Below, one piece after another: positions 1 through 11,300 of a stretch of 64,000 nucleotides of DNA. Position 1 is the stretch's first letter, and each line of letters begins with the position of its first letter. Origin of the DNA: a virus. The DNA is taken from positions 32,001 to 96,000 of the IMG/VR virus record IMGVR_UViG_3300031857_000028; one strand, given 5' to 3'. The notes under the pieces were generated by a model. The model was given only the letters and a program-made list of their open reading frames with translations, was not told the DNA's origin and did no database searches. The position numbers were made by a program, and so were the translations under genes.

Positions 1-908
1 TCAAAGAGTTCCACGCCATACGTTTCATCGGACATGCCATACATAATTTCAAACGTTTTTTGCTTACTTGCTGCATATAGTTCGTCTGTAATATCATTAG
101 TATCAAAATACTTTTTAGCCAATTCCATATGCAGTGAACCCGTGGGAAGTGTAATCTTGTGCTCGTCTGCAACTAATCGCAAATGATATGCTTCAAAATC
201 AAACTGTACGAGTACACCGTCTGTATATCTACTAATAAATACTTCTCTACTTCCATCACTCTTATTTAAGGCAGAGAAATTAATTCCCCCAAATCGGTTA
301 CTAGGCCGTCCCGTTGTGGTGAAAACATTATACTGCGTGTATACCATGTCATGTTTAAAATGTCGTTTCACGCGCTTATCATAATACTGTTCCAACAATT
401 CCGTATTTACCTTGATTCCAGCAGTTTCAATTTCTTTCAATGTATCCGATAATTGTTTAACAAAGATGTATGCTGGTTCATTTATCGTATTATAATACTC
501 TCTTAATACGCCAAGTAGTTGCGTGTGATATTCCCGTAATACGTTGGTCCACACCATAAGCGGTACAATCTTGTTCGTATCCCTAATACCAGAAAATTGT
601 TGATACGTATTTGTTATATATACGGTTAATTGTTTTTGTAGTATTGGTTGATTATTCACATATGCAAGAATTTGAATGTCCGTGTCCGACAATACTTTAC
701 TACCCACAGGAATGTTAAAGGTGGGCGCATCCTCATGTGATATAGAAACAATATAGGTACTATTATCTATAAAAGTAACTCCAGCACATAATAAAGTATT
801 CTCCGTTTCATGATAATATGGGTCACGAAAAATCGGGGTAAGTATACACTCATCCCGATTCATTCGTTCTAATAATTCTGTATATTCTTGGTGTGTTGTT
901 ATAATCAT
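1..908 (-). CDS. Family A (PolA-like) DNA polymerase, 5' part; runs off the left edge of the window and is missing from the ORF track
   Basis: Manual translation from ATG at 908 (MIITTHQEY...) gives TTTGRPSN, INFSALNK, motif A-like VQFDFEAYHLRL and motif B-like SKQKTFEIMYG. Confidence 0.8.
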   Translation of the reverse strand, partial: MIITTHQEYTELLERMNRDECILTPIFRDPYYHETENTLLCAGVTFIDNSTYIVSISHEDAPTFNIPVGSKVLSDTDIQILAYVNNQPILQKQLTVYITNTYQQFSGIRDTNKIVPLMVWTNVLREYHTQLLGVLREYYNTINEPAYIFVKQLSDTLKEIETAGIKVNTELLEQYYDKRVKRHFKHDMVYTQYNVFTTTGRPSNRFGGINFSALNKSDGSREVFISRYTDGVLVQFDFEAYHLRLVADEHKITLPTGSLHMELAKKYFDTNDITDELYAASKQKTFEIMYGMSDETYGVELF

Positions 909-961
909 ATTATGATGTAATCATAGTGTACACCATAATATAAACAGAACAAGGTATCTTG

Positions 962-1795
962 TCAAGATTCAAATTGTGAGTAATTCAATTTTGCTCGTAA
1001 GGTAAATGCAACAGAAGTATACGATGTGGATGCATTAACCGAAACCGTGCCGCCACCAGAAATTGAACCGGTAACTGCGTTTGAATCATGTATGGCGTAC
1101 AATCGGGAGTTCGGGGTGGCAAGACTTCCAGAATACCCAATCAATCTATTAACAAATCCGCCACGTGGCACTTCTGCGGGCGTTAGTGAATTTACTACAT
1201 TTGTTGCACGTTGTAATATCATTATCCAATGGTTTCTGTTATCTGTAAAATCTGTTGGAGACGTGGCCCCAAATTGCATCGTTGAACAATTATTACACGA
1301 CACTGAACCACCTATGTTAATATTGTCCACATTTCTATATACCACGACCGCATTATTTATAGGTGGTCTAGCTGCAAATGATGGAAACGTTTCTGCACTT
1401 GATGATGCAATCTTGGTTGCGAAAATTGTAGAGGGACTTGATGTAGAAGATACCACTACCCAACCGGTTCCCGCCGATAATAATGGAGCTGACGATGCCG
1501 TGGTTTCACCATATAAAATAATAAAATCACCGGTTTGATGGCTTGGAAACGTGGGTGAACCGGATGGATTATGTGCACTACCGATAAACTGTATGTTATA
1601 CGATGGTACTGTGGTGAATTGTCCATTATTATCTAACGTTGACCCTGTAGACCCGCTGGGTCCAACAAATCCCGTTATGAAATCTGCTAATGATGCAGTT
1701 TGTGTAGAAATAACACTTGCAGTTAGTGCATAACTTGCAGTTAGTGCATGTGAACTACTAAACGGTATGCCATACGGAAAAGATTTTATTGTCAT
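962..1795 (-). CDS. Putative virion surface or fibre-associated protein
   Basis: Ser/Thr-rich; N-terminus FPYGIPFSSSHALTASYA resembles that of 19457..20881. Confidence 0.5.
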   Translation of the reverse strand: MTIKSFPYGIPFSSSHALTASYALTASVISTQTASLADFITGFVGPSGSTGSTLDNNGQFTTVPSYNIQFIGSAHNPSGSPTFPSHQTGDFIILYGETTASSAPLLSAGTGWVVVSSTSSPSTIFATKIASSSAETFPSFAARPPINNAVVVYRNVDNINIGGSVSCNNCSTMQFGATSPTDFTDNRNHWIMILQRATNVVNSLTPAEVPRGGFVNRLIGYSGSLATPNSRLYAIHDSNAVTGSISGGGTVSVNASTSYTSVAFTLRAKLNYSQFES

Positions 1796-1802
1796 ATTTA
1801 AC

Positions 1803-2243
1803 TCATACTAACGATTCAGAAAACCAAAATTCTAAATAGTCACTTATATAGGTTTTTAATCCACCAAAATTCAAATCTACGTTTGCAACTTCTATTCTAT
1901 TCATATCACCTATGCCATAAATAGTAATACCCGTTAGTAACGTTCGTGTTTCTTTAACGCCCACAATTTTCCATTTAACCGACGCAGTTATAAACCGTGT
2001 ATTTGATTTTAAGTTTTCATATTGATTTTTATCAATTTCCATAACAACAGTCTTATCATTCACGGGTCGAATGAAATACCGCATAATATATCCCAATGTA
2101 ACATCTTTCTGTGTTACTATCGGACGTATTGATGTTGGATATATGTTTAATAGCTCCTTCAATTTCTGTTCTTTCTTTTTATATAATTCTTCAACCACTC
2201 TGGGTTCTAGCATTGTTTGTTTCTCGTCTAAATTTTTCTGCAA
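1803..2243 (-). CDS. Hypothetical protein in the baseplate region
   Basis: 146-aa ORF collinear with baseplate genes; true start may be the internal MLEPR. Confidence 0.55.
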   Translation of the reverse strand: MQKNLDEKQTMLEPRVVEELYKKKEQKLKELLNIYPTSIRPIVTQKDVTLGYIMRYFIRPVNDKTVVMEIDKNQYENLKSNTRFITASVKWKIVGVKETRTLLTGITIYGIGDMNRIEVANVDLNFGGLKTYISDYLEFWFSESLV

Positions 2244-5200
2244 TAGCAGTCTTCCAATTATTACCTAGAAAATTAAATCGTGCATGAATTTTAGTTTTCC
2301 ACCCAGAAACGTCGATAACATCTTCAATACTTAATATTTGGAATGCGCCGAACACTTTATAAAAAGATGGTAATCTATCTATCCAGAAGAGTTCCCCGAC
2401 GCGTAATCCACTAATTCCAGGTAATATGAGATCGCCGCCGATAGATAACGCTCCAGGACTTGCTCCAAACGCATTTGCAAAATTGCCATTTGCTGTGTCG
2501 GTTATTTCAGCAACCATATATTCAGGGAACATTTCTACATACCTGAATATAGCTTGTAGATGTGGAAAGTCTCTAAGTTTTTTCTCTATTATTTCTTTTA
2601 CTTTTTCTTCTTCTTGCATAATCTGGGTAGTTTGTTTAACCGTTTGTTTTGCACGTTCGCATTTCTTGCACAATTCTTTTCCATTGGCAATGTCAACGTC
2701 CGAGGTCGGACCTAGTGCTAACCCAAAATTATTGGCAATTGAAATATTCAAATATTGCTGGTCAGTGCATCCAGTATTTGCCGGAACTTGGTTATTTGGA
2801 CTGGGTTGAGTGGGTGTCGGTGTAGGCGCAGGTGTAGATGCAGGAACAGGTGTAGGTGTAGGTGCGGGTGTAGGTACCGTGACGCCGCTCAACGTTTGAG
2901 GAGTTATTCCAAATTGAGTGGCTTTTTTATTTGTTACTTGTGTCAAATCTTCTACAGTTATAAACCCATCGCCACCAACATCCAATCCTCTATTTTGTGT
3001 GTAAAAATCCGGACGACTAATTTCATATTCACTGGTCAATACTATGCCGGAAGGAATCGATGGGCTATTAGGTCGCAAATTACTCTGTTTTAGTGGGGTT
3101 TGCAATCTTCCCGGTAAAAAAGTAACCGCATATAATTTTCCTGCACTATCCAATTTCACGCCACGTGGAGTAAATCGTTTGTAATATTGAAACACATAAT
3201 CTAATTGTTGTACTCTAGTCATTCTTCTGAGAGCGTCGGTTGTTGTATTTAACGCAAGTGCGGTCTTCGGCATGAATTGTATCAATCCACTGGCGCCGCC
3301 ATTCTTATTAAGTGCATTTGGTAGTATACCAGATTCATTTGCCATAACCTTCAACATGTCTTCCGGTCTACATCCAAGCTGATTACAAATTTGTACAAGT
3401 TTTTCTTTAAATCCTGGTTCACTGAGGGCATTTTGTAATGCATTCTTGCCTGCTGCCGTAGGACTATATCCAGTGGGGGCAGTAGGAGTTGGTGGTGCAC
3501 ATTGTTCACATTTCTTACACACCTCACCATCCAATAATTTCTGTGCTTGTTCTTTTTCATCGTTCAACTGTTGGGTACGTTTATCTGTGGACGATTCTTC
3601 GGTAGAAATACCAGCTGCTTTACTACCTTGACCAGCAGTTTGTGCAGGCGTCTGTGAGTTTGCTTTTCCACATACACCATTTGCTGCCAATTGTGCAGCA
3701 CGTTGAGTTCTTGGTAAGATTGTCAAGTCCGGGCCCTGAGTACTATCTCCCTTTGGAGATAGTACTGTAATTGCATATAATTCACGTAACGTGTCATTAG
3801 GGTCGGATATCTTTGCAGTTTTTTGATTTGTATAATCGGCGGGGTCATCTGCACTACCGGTAGTAATTCCTACTTTATCCAAATCTTCCGGTTGTACAAG
3901 TCCTAATGTAGCTATTTGTGAAAATAATCGTTTTGGTAACGACAAATCTATATTACATTCTATTAATTCCGATCCTACCAATTGACCGCTTTTAGTATCC
4001 GTTCTAACGTATTTGTTAAATACATGTACTTTATCAATAAATTTAGAAACTGCATCTTGTGAGTTTTCTTTTACGTTGGAATCAATAACAATGTAATTAT
4101 ATGACGGTTGTTTACTACCCAATGGTTCCACGGTGTCTAACGTTAAATCCCAATAATTTAACGTAGCTTGATTCATACGATCTAATAAATTAGTAATTCC
4201 ACGTACTATGGTATCGCCGCCAATCATCGACTCTACCACAGTTTTATGATTCAACCAAACCCCCGTACTTAAAAACGAACGGTCTTTCATCGGTTCTCCT
4301 TTTGAATCCCGTCCTTTATTGTAGTCCGGTGCTGCAGTATCGTACTGTCCAATTGCTTTGAATTTCTCCGATTCATCTGTAGGTTCCAGTAAGTTCCTTC
4401 CTCCTAATGCGGCAGATTTATACTGGTCATTTGCAGCCGCCAATTCTGCCGCTTCTTCGTTTACAATAATCATAATCGACGGGTCAATTGACCGTAAATA
4501 TTTATTGTATCCAGCAAACGGTTCTAACGGATCGTCGATTGCACTATTTGTTGCAACAGGACCATCTCGTTCAGGACCATTTGCATATGGTAACAACATT
4601 CCAATTTTTTCTAAAACATCTTTTTCTACGACGGTAGTAAAAATACGTTTTAAACCAAATTCCGCGTTATTCAATACCACATTTACAAAAAATCGCCACG
4701 TCATGAAATAGGCATCTTCCAAATCTGCAAAGGTATTTTGGTTAACGGTGGGTTTCTTTTTTTCTGCGTCAGGAGCTTTAGGATCACCTTCTTTCACGTT
4801 TCCTTGTGCAAAACGTTGCACGTGACCTTGCCACTCTTTTAATTTACTTCCAGCTTCAACGTCGTCTAATAATGTTTTTAAATTTAGGCCTGTTGCAGTT
4901 TCTGCAAAATACGAGTATACACTATTCGTGTCCGACGCACAGAAAAATTTAGTTGATGCATCTTTTGCAGGAACTACGGTATTTTTTGTTGAGTAGGCCC
5001 ATGAATCCTCTGAGGAGCCAACGATTTTAACTATCGATTGAAAAGACCCATCTGGTAATGTCGTGATTGTAAAGTTTGAAACTCGGCCGAACATCCACAT
5101 GTATTGTCCGCTTGATGGATACACATAGTTCTCTAAAATATCTTGTAGTGAAAAATTATTTTTAGCAATACGAGTTAATATATCTAGTGTTCGATTTTTG

Positions 5201-5817
5201 TCGTGCCATGGGAACATTGCATAGGAAATATCAGGCAATTCCCCGGTCGCATCCATTCCTATAGATTCTAAAGCAAATTGTTGCCCCCATTCCACTATCA
5301 TACCCACACCGGGTATCAAGAACGTTTTTTGTAAACTTTCCAATTGTGCTAATGATGGAATATTGACGGTAAGTTGTGCATGTGCCAGTAATCCATTCTT
5401 GTTTCTGCCAACAGTTAGATTAGTTATACCAGGCGGGGGAATTCTTATAAATTCTTTTGAATTTGTGAATAGTTCTGCACGATAATCGAACACTTGTGAT
5501 GCAATTACGTCTACGTCATTTTTAGCGTAAATACGTCGAGTTTTTCCATTTGCATACGTATAGCCAATTAACGGTGAATCACTTCCCTGCGACGAATATA
5601 TATCTTCATATTTAACGTCTTGGTCAATTGCATGTAATCCTAATGTAAATCCTATACCACCATCTAATAAGGGTACACCGGGACCACCAATTGTCGTAGT
5701 AGCTTTAACGAACGGCATTCCCACCTGTGTCGTGTTATTTAACTTCGAGCGTGCACGTAGTATTGCTTGTATATTTTCGTTTATTACTTTATAGTCAAAA
5801 GAACCGGATGTGTGCAT
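2191..5817 (-). CDS. Baseplate hub-like protein with an inserted lytic transglycosylase (SLT/lysozyme-like) domain
   Basis: KVMANESG...GASGLIQFMP SLT motif; C-terminal hub-like GISGLRVGELFWIDRLP...WKTKI; follows LysM and tube-initiator genes. Confidence 0.7.
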   Translation of the reverse strand: MHTSGSFDYKVINENIQAILRARSKLNNTTQVGMPFVKATTTIGGPGVPLLDGGIGFTLGLHAIDQDVKYEDIYSSQGSDSPLIGYTYANGKTRRIYAKNDVDVIASQVFDYRAELFTNSKEFIRIPPPGITNLTVGRNKNGLLAHAQLTVNIPSLAQLESLQKTFLIPGVGMIVEWGQQFALESIGMDATGELPDISYAMFPWHDKNRTLDILTRIAKNNFSLQDILENYVYPSSGQYMWMFGRVSNFTITTLPDGSFQSIVKIVGSSEDSWAYSTKNTVVPAKDASTKFFCASDTNSVYSYFAETATGLNLKTLLDDVEAGSKLKEWQGHVQRFAQGNVKEGDPKAPDAEKKKPTVNQNTFADLEDAYFMTWRFFVNVVLNNAEFGLKRIFTTVVEKDVLEKIGMLLPYANGPERDGPVATNSAIDDPLEPFAGYNKYLRSIDPSIMIIVNEEAAELAAANDQYKSAALGGRNLLEPTDESEKFKAIGQYDTAAPDYNKGRDSKGEPMKDRSFLSTGVWLNHKTVVESMIGGDTIVRGITNLLDRMNQATLNYWDLTLDTVEPLGSKQPSYNYIVIDSNVKENSQDAVSKFIDKVHVFNKYVRTDTKSGQLVGSELIECNIDLSLPKRLFSQIATLGLVQPEDLDKVGITTGSADDPADYTNQKTAKISDPNDTLRELYAITVLSPKGDSTQGPDLTILPRTQRAAQLAANGVCGKANSQTPAQTAGQGSKAAGISTEESSTDKRTQQLNDEKEQAQKLLDGEVCKKCEQCAPPTPTAPTGYSPTAAGKNALQNALSEPGFKEKLVQICNQLGCRPEDMLKVMANESGILPNALNKNGGASGLIQFMPKTALALNTTTDALRRMTRVQQLDYVFQYYKRFTPRGVKLDSAGKLYAVTFLPGRLQTPLKQSNLRPNSPSIPSGIVLTSEYEISRPDFYTQNRGLDVGGDGFITVEDLTQVTNKKATQFGITPQTLSGVTVPTPAPTPTPVPASTPAPTPTPTQPSPNNQVPANTGCTDQQYLNISIANNFGLALGPTSDVDIANGKELCKKCERAKQTVKQTTQIMQEEEKVKEIIEKKLRDFPHLQAIFRYVEMFPEYMVAEITDTANGNFANAFGASPGALSIGGDLILPGISGLRVGELFWIDRLPSFYKVFGAFQILSIEDVIDVSGWKTKIHARFNFLGNNWKTAIAEKFRRETNNARTQSG

Positions 5818-5819
5818 AA

Positions 5820-6083
5820 TTAATATGTTTGAGGTATTGTAATCAATGTTCCTGGTTTAATAAATATTGAACCATTTAGTCCATCATTAGCATTAGCAAT
5901 GACATACCATAAGGTTGCTGAACCGAGATACTTGTAAGCTAATGTGTCCCATCTATCACCCATCCGTGCTTCGTGTACGTATTCCAACTCATCTTGTTTT
6001 GGGTCTAATGGGATAGCAGAACTATAGTATCGTTTTCCTGCATCGGTTCGATTGATTCCTATATTATTTAAATATCGTGCCAT
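5820..6083 (-). CDS. LysM / tail-X-like baseplate wedge protein
   Basis: GDRWDTLAYKYLGSATLWYVIANAN...PGTLITIP motif. Confidence 0.8.
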   Translation of the reverse strand: MARYLNNIGINRTDAGKRYYSSAIPLDPKQDELEYVHEARMGDRWDTLAYKYLGSATLWYVIANANDGLNGSIFIKPGTLITIPQTY

Positions 6084-6084
6084 A

Positions 6085-8334
6085 TTAGTTTCCACTCATC
6101 CTATTTGCTGCGGCAGTAATTGCCATAGTAGCCCGTCTAAATTCTTCTCGGCGATTAGCCTGTGTAAGTCCAATGTTTTGCACCGTTACTGTATCCCCTC
6201 GGTTATTTGCAGCCACTATTGCCGCGGTATAATCTCTATCTTGCTGGTCAAACCCCTGTAATGTTCGGGTTAGTATGTTATCGGAAATTGGTTGATCATT
6301 CTTGGGTAGTGTATCATCATTAGCACCGGCAGTTGGTATTCGTTCCGAGAATCCGTCCAGTTTCTCCGTTATACCATAGAACGGCGAATCTGCTATTCTT
6401 GACGCCTTCTCAACCAACGTGAAGTTCATAGATACAACCGCAGAAATAGGAACCTGTTTACCGGAATCCAATTCCCATGTTTCCGAGAGTTCCGAAAAAT
6501 TTGTATTTACTGCCGTAATATACGCAGGTTGGTCTACGTATACATTTCCTACCGTCATTCGAACTATGTTGGGTTGGAAGATGCCTTTATTAAATCCATA
6601 CGGATATGCCATACCGGTTAGATAATTTAATCTTCTCCACATTCCATCCAATTCCTCTTTGGAAAATGCAACTAGTCCTAGTTTAAATGAAACATCACGT
6701 TGCACCCCCGTGTAATAAATAAATTGCTCCATTCTACCAATATATTGCAATGGATTGTATTTTGGATTTACCGTTTGTTGCAAATCTCTTATATATGCAC
6801 GAAATCTAACATGTCCATCCTTTCCCATTGCAAACGATACAACGATGGGATCATCAAAATCATTATTTATTCGATTATACGCTTCTTTTGAAACTGCAGA
6901 ATTTTTCGCACCAGTTACTATGTTTGAGTCATCTTTTATGTAAGATATTTTTCTTCGTCTAAAATCACTCCCTAATGCAACGAATTCTGCATTCGTAGAT
7001 ACGCCGTCTTTAATTGCATCAGAATTTGCCAATCGTACAGTACCCTCACCGTATGTAAAATATTTTACATATGATATCGCGTCACCAATCAAATGTGTTG
7101 GAATTTGACCAACAGTTGGTTTTAACGTTTCATTGATATATGCAGCTTGATTACCTTCTAACGCAATAGTTTCTAACGAAGAACTAGATTCATATTTTTC
7201 TTCTAAAACCTTTCTGTCTGGTATTACTTTTGGTCGTATTTCTTTTAATCCTGCTAGGGTGGGTGTTCTTTCATACCGCACCCCCGTTCCATAATCAACA
7301 TACTTGTCTATAGGTATATTTTTTTCTAGGATCGTCTGAGTATTTGATCGTTTATACGTTTCTAACAGATCAACTTTTTTAGCAGCGGCCGTTCTTGATT
7401 GTCGAAAAACGTTTAAAAGTAATTTACCCGAAGAACTTCGGATAGGATATTCTACTGCAGCAATATATAAGTTTCCAGTTTGTCCAACATGTGTCCAAGT
7501 AGACTCTCCATCAGTATTTCTAAGATATGTGACATACGTATCATTTAATTTTGGATAGTAGTTCGGCATGTAATTAGTAACATATTTGTTATCTAATTTA
7601 GAATTTAATATTACTTGATTGGCCATTGCATAGCCACTTTTCGACGTAGTGTTACCACTGAATAATGTGGTTATTGCTCCCCGTAACCCAAGTTTAGACA
7701 GTTCTGGACGAGATTCGTCAAAGTCTTTTATGCCGTCACCAACACTACGTTTTGATTTTACTGCAGAAACTACTTGACCGATGACAGGAATTTTTTTAAT
7801 TAAACTTTTTATACTAATTGCTTGTGTTGCTTTATTATATGTTTCTTCTTGTAACTGTCCAATTTTTCGTAAACTAGCAACATCCTTCTTCTGTGCACCA
7901 GAACCAAGCAATCTGTTAGTCAGTGCATTACTACCCAATAATGCACGAGCAATTCCACGAGCAGTTATTGGAATATCAATCATTCGCTTCGTGTGAATGA
8001 ATGGAACTGCGTTGGATATGTGAAATGCAGGATTTATAATACGTGTAGATTCAAACGTATTGCCTGTCTGTAATAATTGTTGCTTGGCTAAAAATTTCAA
8101 TCCACGGGTACTGGCAGTAAACAACGTCATACGCTTTACATCATTAAACGCACTTGCTACAGGTGTAGAACGACTTTCGGCCGGATTCCAGTATCCGTTT
8201 CCTGGTGCACGGACAATCAATGGATCATCATTGCGACCCGAACTGGGTTTACCGTTATCGAATTTAGTTTTTGCACCTGAGTACAAATCACTTACTTTTT
8301 CATTGAATCGCTGTTCTAGATTCTTTAACGACAT
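6085..8334 (-). CDS. Baseplate or tail-tube initiator-like protein
   Basis: C-terminal FRAYI...YIGRMEQFIYYTGVQRDVSFKL...RLNYL...MTVGNVY tube-initiator-like pattern; lies between the tape measure and LysM genes. Confidence 0.55.
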   Translation of the reverse strand: MSLKNLEQRFNEKVSDLYSGAKTKFDNGKPSSGRNDDPLIVRAPGNGYWNPAESRSTPVASAFNDVKRMTLFTASTRGLKFLAKQQLLQTGNTFESTRIINPAFHISNAVPFIHTKRMIDIPITARGIARALLGSNALTNRLLGSGAQKKDVASLRKIGQLQEETYNKATQAISIKSLIKKIPVIGQVVSAVKSKRSVGDGIKDFDESRPELSKLGLRGAITTLFSGNTTSKSGYAMANQVILNSKLDNKYVTNYMPNYYPKLNDTYVTYLRNTDGESTWTHVGQTGNLYIAAVEYPIRSSSGKLLLNVFRQSRTAAAKKVDLLETYKRSNTQTILEKNIPIDKYVDYGTGVRYERTPTLAGLKEIRPKVIPDRKVLEEKYESSSSLETIALEGNQAAYINETLKPTVGQIPTHLIGDAISYVKYFTYGEGTVRLANSDAIKDGVSTNAEFVALGSDFRRRKISYIKDDSNIVTGAKNSAVSKEAYNRINNDFDDPIVVSFAMGKDGHVRFRAYIRDLQQTVNPKYNPLQYIGRMEQFIYYTGVQRDVSFKLGLVAFSKEELDGMWRRLNYLTGMAYPYGFNKGIFQPNIVRMTVGNVYVDQPAYITAVNTNFSELSETWELDSGKQVPISAVVSMNFTLVEKASRIADSPFYGITEKLDGFSERIPTAGANDDTLPKNDQPISDNILTRTLQGFDQQDRDYTAAIVAANNRGDTVTVQNIGLTQANRREEFRRATMAITAAANRMSGN

Positions 8335-8347
8335 AATGTATTCTCAG

Positions 8348-11300
8348 TTATCTTGATTGTACTCTAAACACCCCTGTGGACGCCGCAATTTCTGCAGTAT
8401 TCACCAATACTTTACCCACTTTATTACCATCCATATTTATTTGAATACCTTGTAGTGCATTAATAAAATTATTTAGTTTTTGTTCTATTCCACTAGTGTC
8501 TACTTTTATTGTCGGTTGTTGTGTAGTTCCTTCACGAGACTGTGGGAACATTCCACCGGCCAACATTGCTGCCAAATTAGGAAGATTTCCAGCCGTCATC
8601 ATTTCAGGAGTAATTTGTGGTACTGTTTGTTTTTTCTTCCCAAACAATCCACCCACAAATTTACCTACCTTTGACCCCATCATAGAACCAATCATTGTAC
8701 CAACACCAGGAATTGGAATTGCACTTCCAAGTGCACCACCAATAAACTTTCCAATCCCACCTTTAGCCAACGAACCTAACGCACCACGTACTCCACCCGT
8801 TTTATAAGCAGAAAATACGTCCATGGCATCTGCTACCATTGGTGCCTTACGAGTAGCCATTCCAACTCCCCGATTAGTAAGATAATCTTTTAGTCCACCC
8901 GTCCCACCTTGTCTATAAGTACCGATTAGATTTGACGCTTCTGGCATATACTTGGAAAAGCCTGGTACTCTACTATTAAGTAGATTCAATCCTTTATCTT
9001 TTGCACCTGTACGAGACATTAATTTAGAAATCGTTCCTATTGGAAGTTTTTTACTTCCCACCAAATCATCTGCATATGTTATTTTACGACCTTTCAGATA
9101 TGCCTCACCAGCTAACGCACTGCCGACGGCTTCTGCTATTACTGCACCAGGACCGGTAGGACTTGCTAAAGTGGCCGCTTGAGCGCCACCGACAGCCGAT
9201 GCTGCATAATATCCGAGTGCTACTTTAATTGATTTTTTGAGATCTTTGGTCGTCTTATATTCATCATTAGCTACCATGATTGCTGATACAACATCCCCGA
9301 GTAAAGGAATCGCATTGGTCGCCATTCTGGCCGTTGCATTACTGATGGCTTTTCCTGCTGCTTTTGCCGCAGTGTCACGAGTAACGGTAACTACCGTATC
9401 CTTTGCCACATCCTTTGCTGATTGTGCAATAGACCCATATGGACGTTTTTCTGTTCCTACTAAATCGTCTGCATAGGCAATAATATTATCTTTATCGTTT
9501 AATGCAATAATACCGGCAGGCGTTACTAATGAACGCTTCCCATAACCAGGTTTGGCAATAACGTCATCGCCCGTTGATACTTTTGGTTTGGCTGCGGCTG
9601 GTTTAGTACTAAACCAGCTGGTGAAGGAATCCCACATTTTACCTACGGAATTACCTGCAGAATCTAGAGCTGTAGAAAATCTTTTCGTGATATTCGTGTT
9701 CACCCACGAAGCCAACTTATCACCTAAAATTGCTCCGCCTAGACCACCTAAAAATCCACCTATAGCTATTCCCCAAGGACCGCCGATTGCACCTAATTTA
9801 GCTCCAAGAAGAGCGCCACCGTATGCACCTCCAAATGCTCCCCCCGTTGAGAGTGCGGCTGCCGTAGCTGCCGTTCCTTTACCAGTTCCTTCGGCACGTT
9901 CTTGCTGGTAAGTTTGATATCCACTGTACAATCCAGCAGCTGCACCAAATAGTCTTCCTCCCAAACGGGTTGCTTTAGATAAAGGAAGTTTTGTACTTGT
10001 ATCAAGTTTAGTTGCTAATTTACTTGCAACTGATGCAAACTTACTTGAACCCACTCTTGTTGCTATTCTACTTGATAGAATTCTCTTACCCAATTTACTG
10101 CGTGAAAAAAACCTTCTAGCAAGTCGGCTTCGTGCACGTAAACGAGTTCCCTTTCCTCTGGGCCCCTGTCCTCTGGATCCAGTATCCACGTCCGGTATAT
10201 TAGTTACATTACCGAATTTAGTGTTTCTTTCAATCAACCTTAATAATATATTTGCTAGTCCTATTCCACTAGCCACTGCCTGCACTGCTTTAACAGTTGC
10301 TTCGGCACGATCAACTGCAGTACTTAACCATTCATTCGTCTTTTTTTGCAGGTCTACGGTATCTTCACCCCCGCCGTCCACCGTCTCTCCACTCATTGCC
10401 AACATATCGCTGATATTTAGACCGAATGCATTTTCCAACGCCAATCGTTCAGACCGACGAAGTTTCGTAATATCTTTTCCGGTGGCCGCTAATTGTGATC
10501 GAAGTTCATCAAATAATGCAGCATCGTCCCCAGTTTCGGCAATTTCTGCCAATCGACTGGAATCAAATCCGAATCCCATTGCTCCCAGTTCGGCTTGACT
10601 TTCTAGGAATCCTTCAAAGTCATTAATCAGATTATCACCGAATTGACTAATCTTACTGAGTTCGACACCTATTTTCTTTGCATCTGCTAATGCACGTATC
10701 ATCTGTGTGGAGAAACGTGCCCCATTTTTTGCTAATAGTTCAGAATTCTTTGCAATTTCTTGCATAGCAACTTTAGACGACAATCCTTTCTTGGCAAATT
10801 CAGAAACAAATTTGTCAGTCTGTTCTTGCGCTTTATTTGCATCACCTCGGGTTTGTGTTAAGAATACACGACGAGCAGTTGCTAATTGCTCCGTAGTTAC
10901 ACCCATCTTTACTGCTTCCTGTGCCATCTTGGTTGCAGCTTCCGATGTGAGTAGTCCACCAAATTGATCTTGGAAGTCTTGCTGCGCTTGTGCAATTTGC
11001 TCCATAGTAACACCGGGACCAGACTTTCCACCCGGTAACAATGCACTTGCAAAACTGTCTACGCTTGATTTTAAATTACTAAAATTTATTTCTGTTGCAC
11101 GAGCGGCAGAAATACCGAACTGTTGTTGGGTTTTTCTAACCGAAGCCACTAATCCTTCAAACGTGTCGGCAACTTTTAAAATACCCTCCGCCATCCGTCC
11201 AAATTTTAAGTTTTTAACTTCTTCGGATTTTAGTTCAATCTGGTTTGTAAATTTATCTACGGCATCCGTAGATTTTTGATACGCCGTGCGAGCTTTTTTT

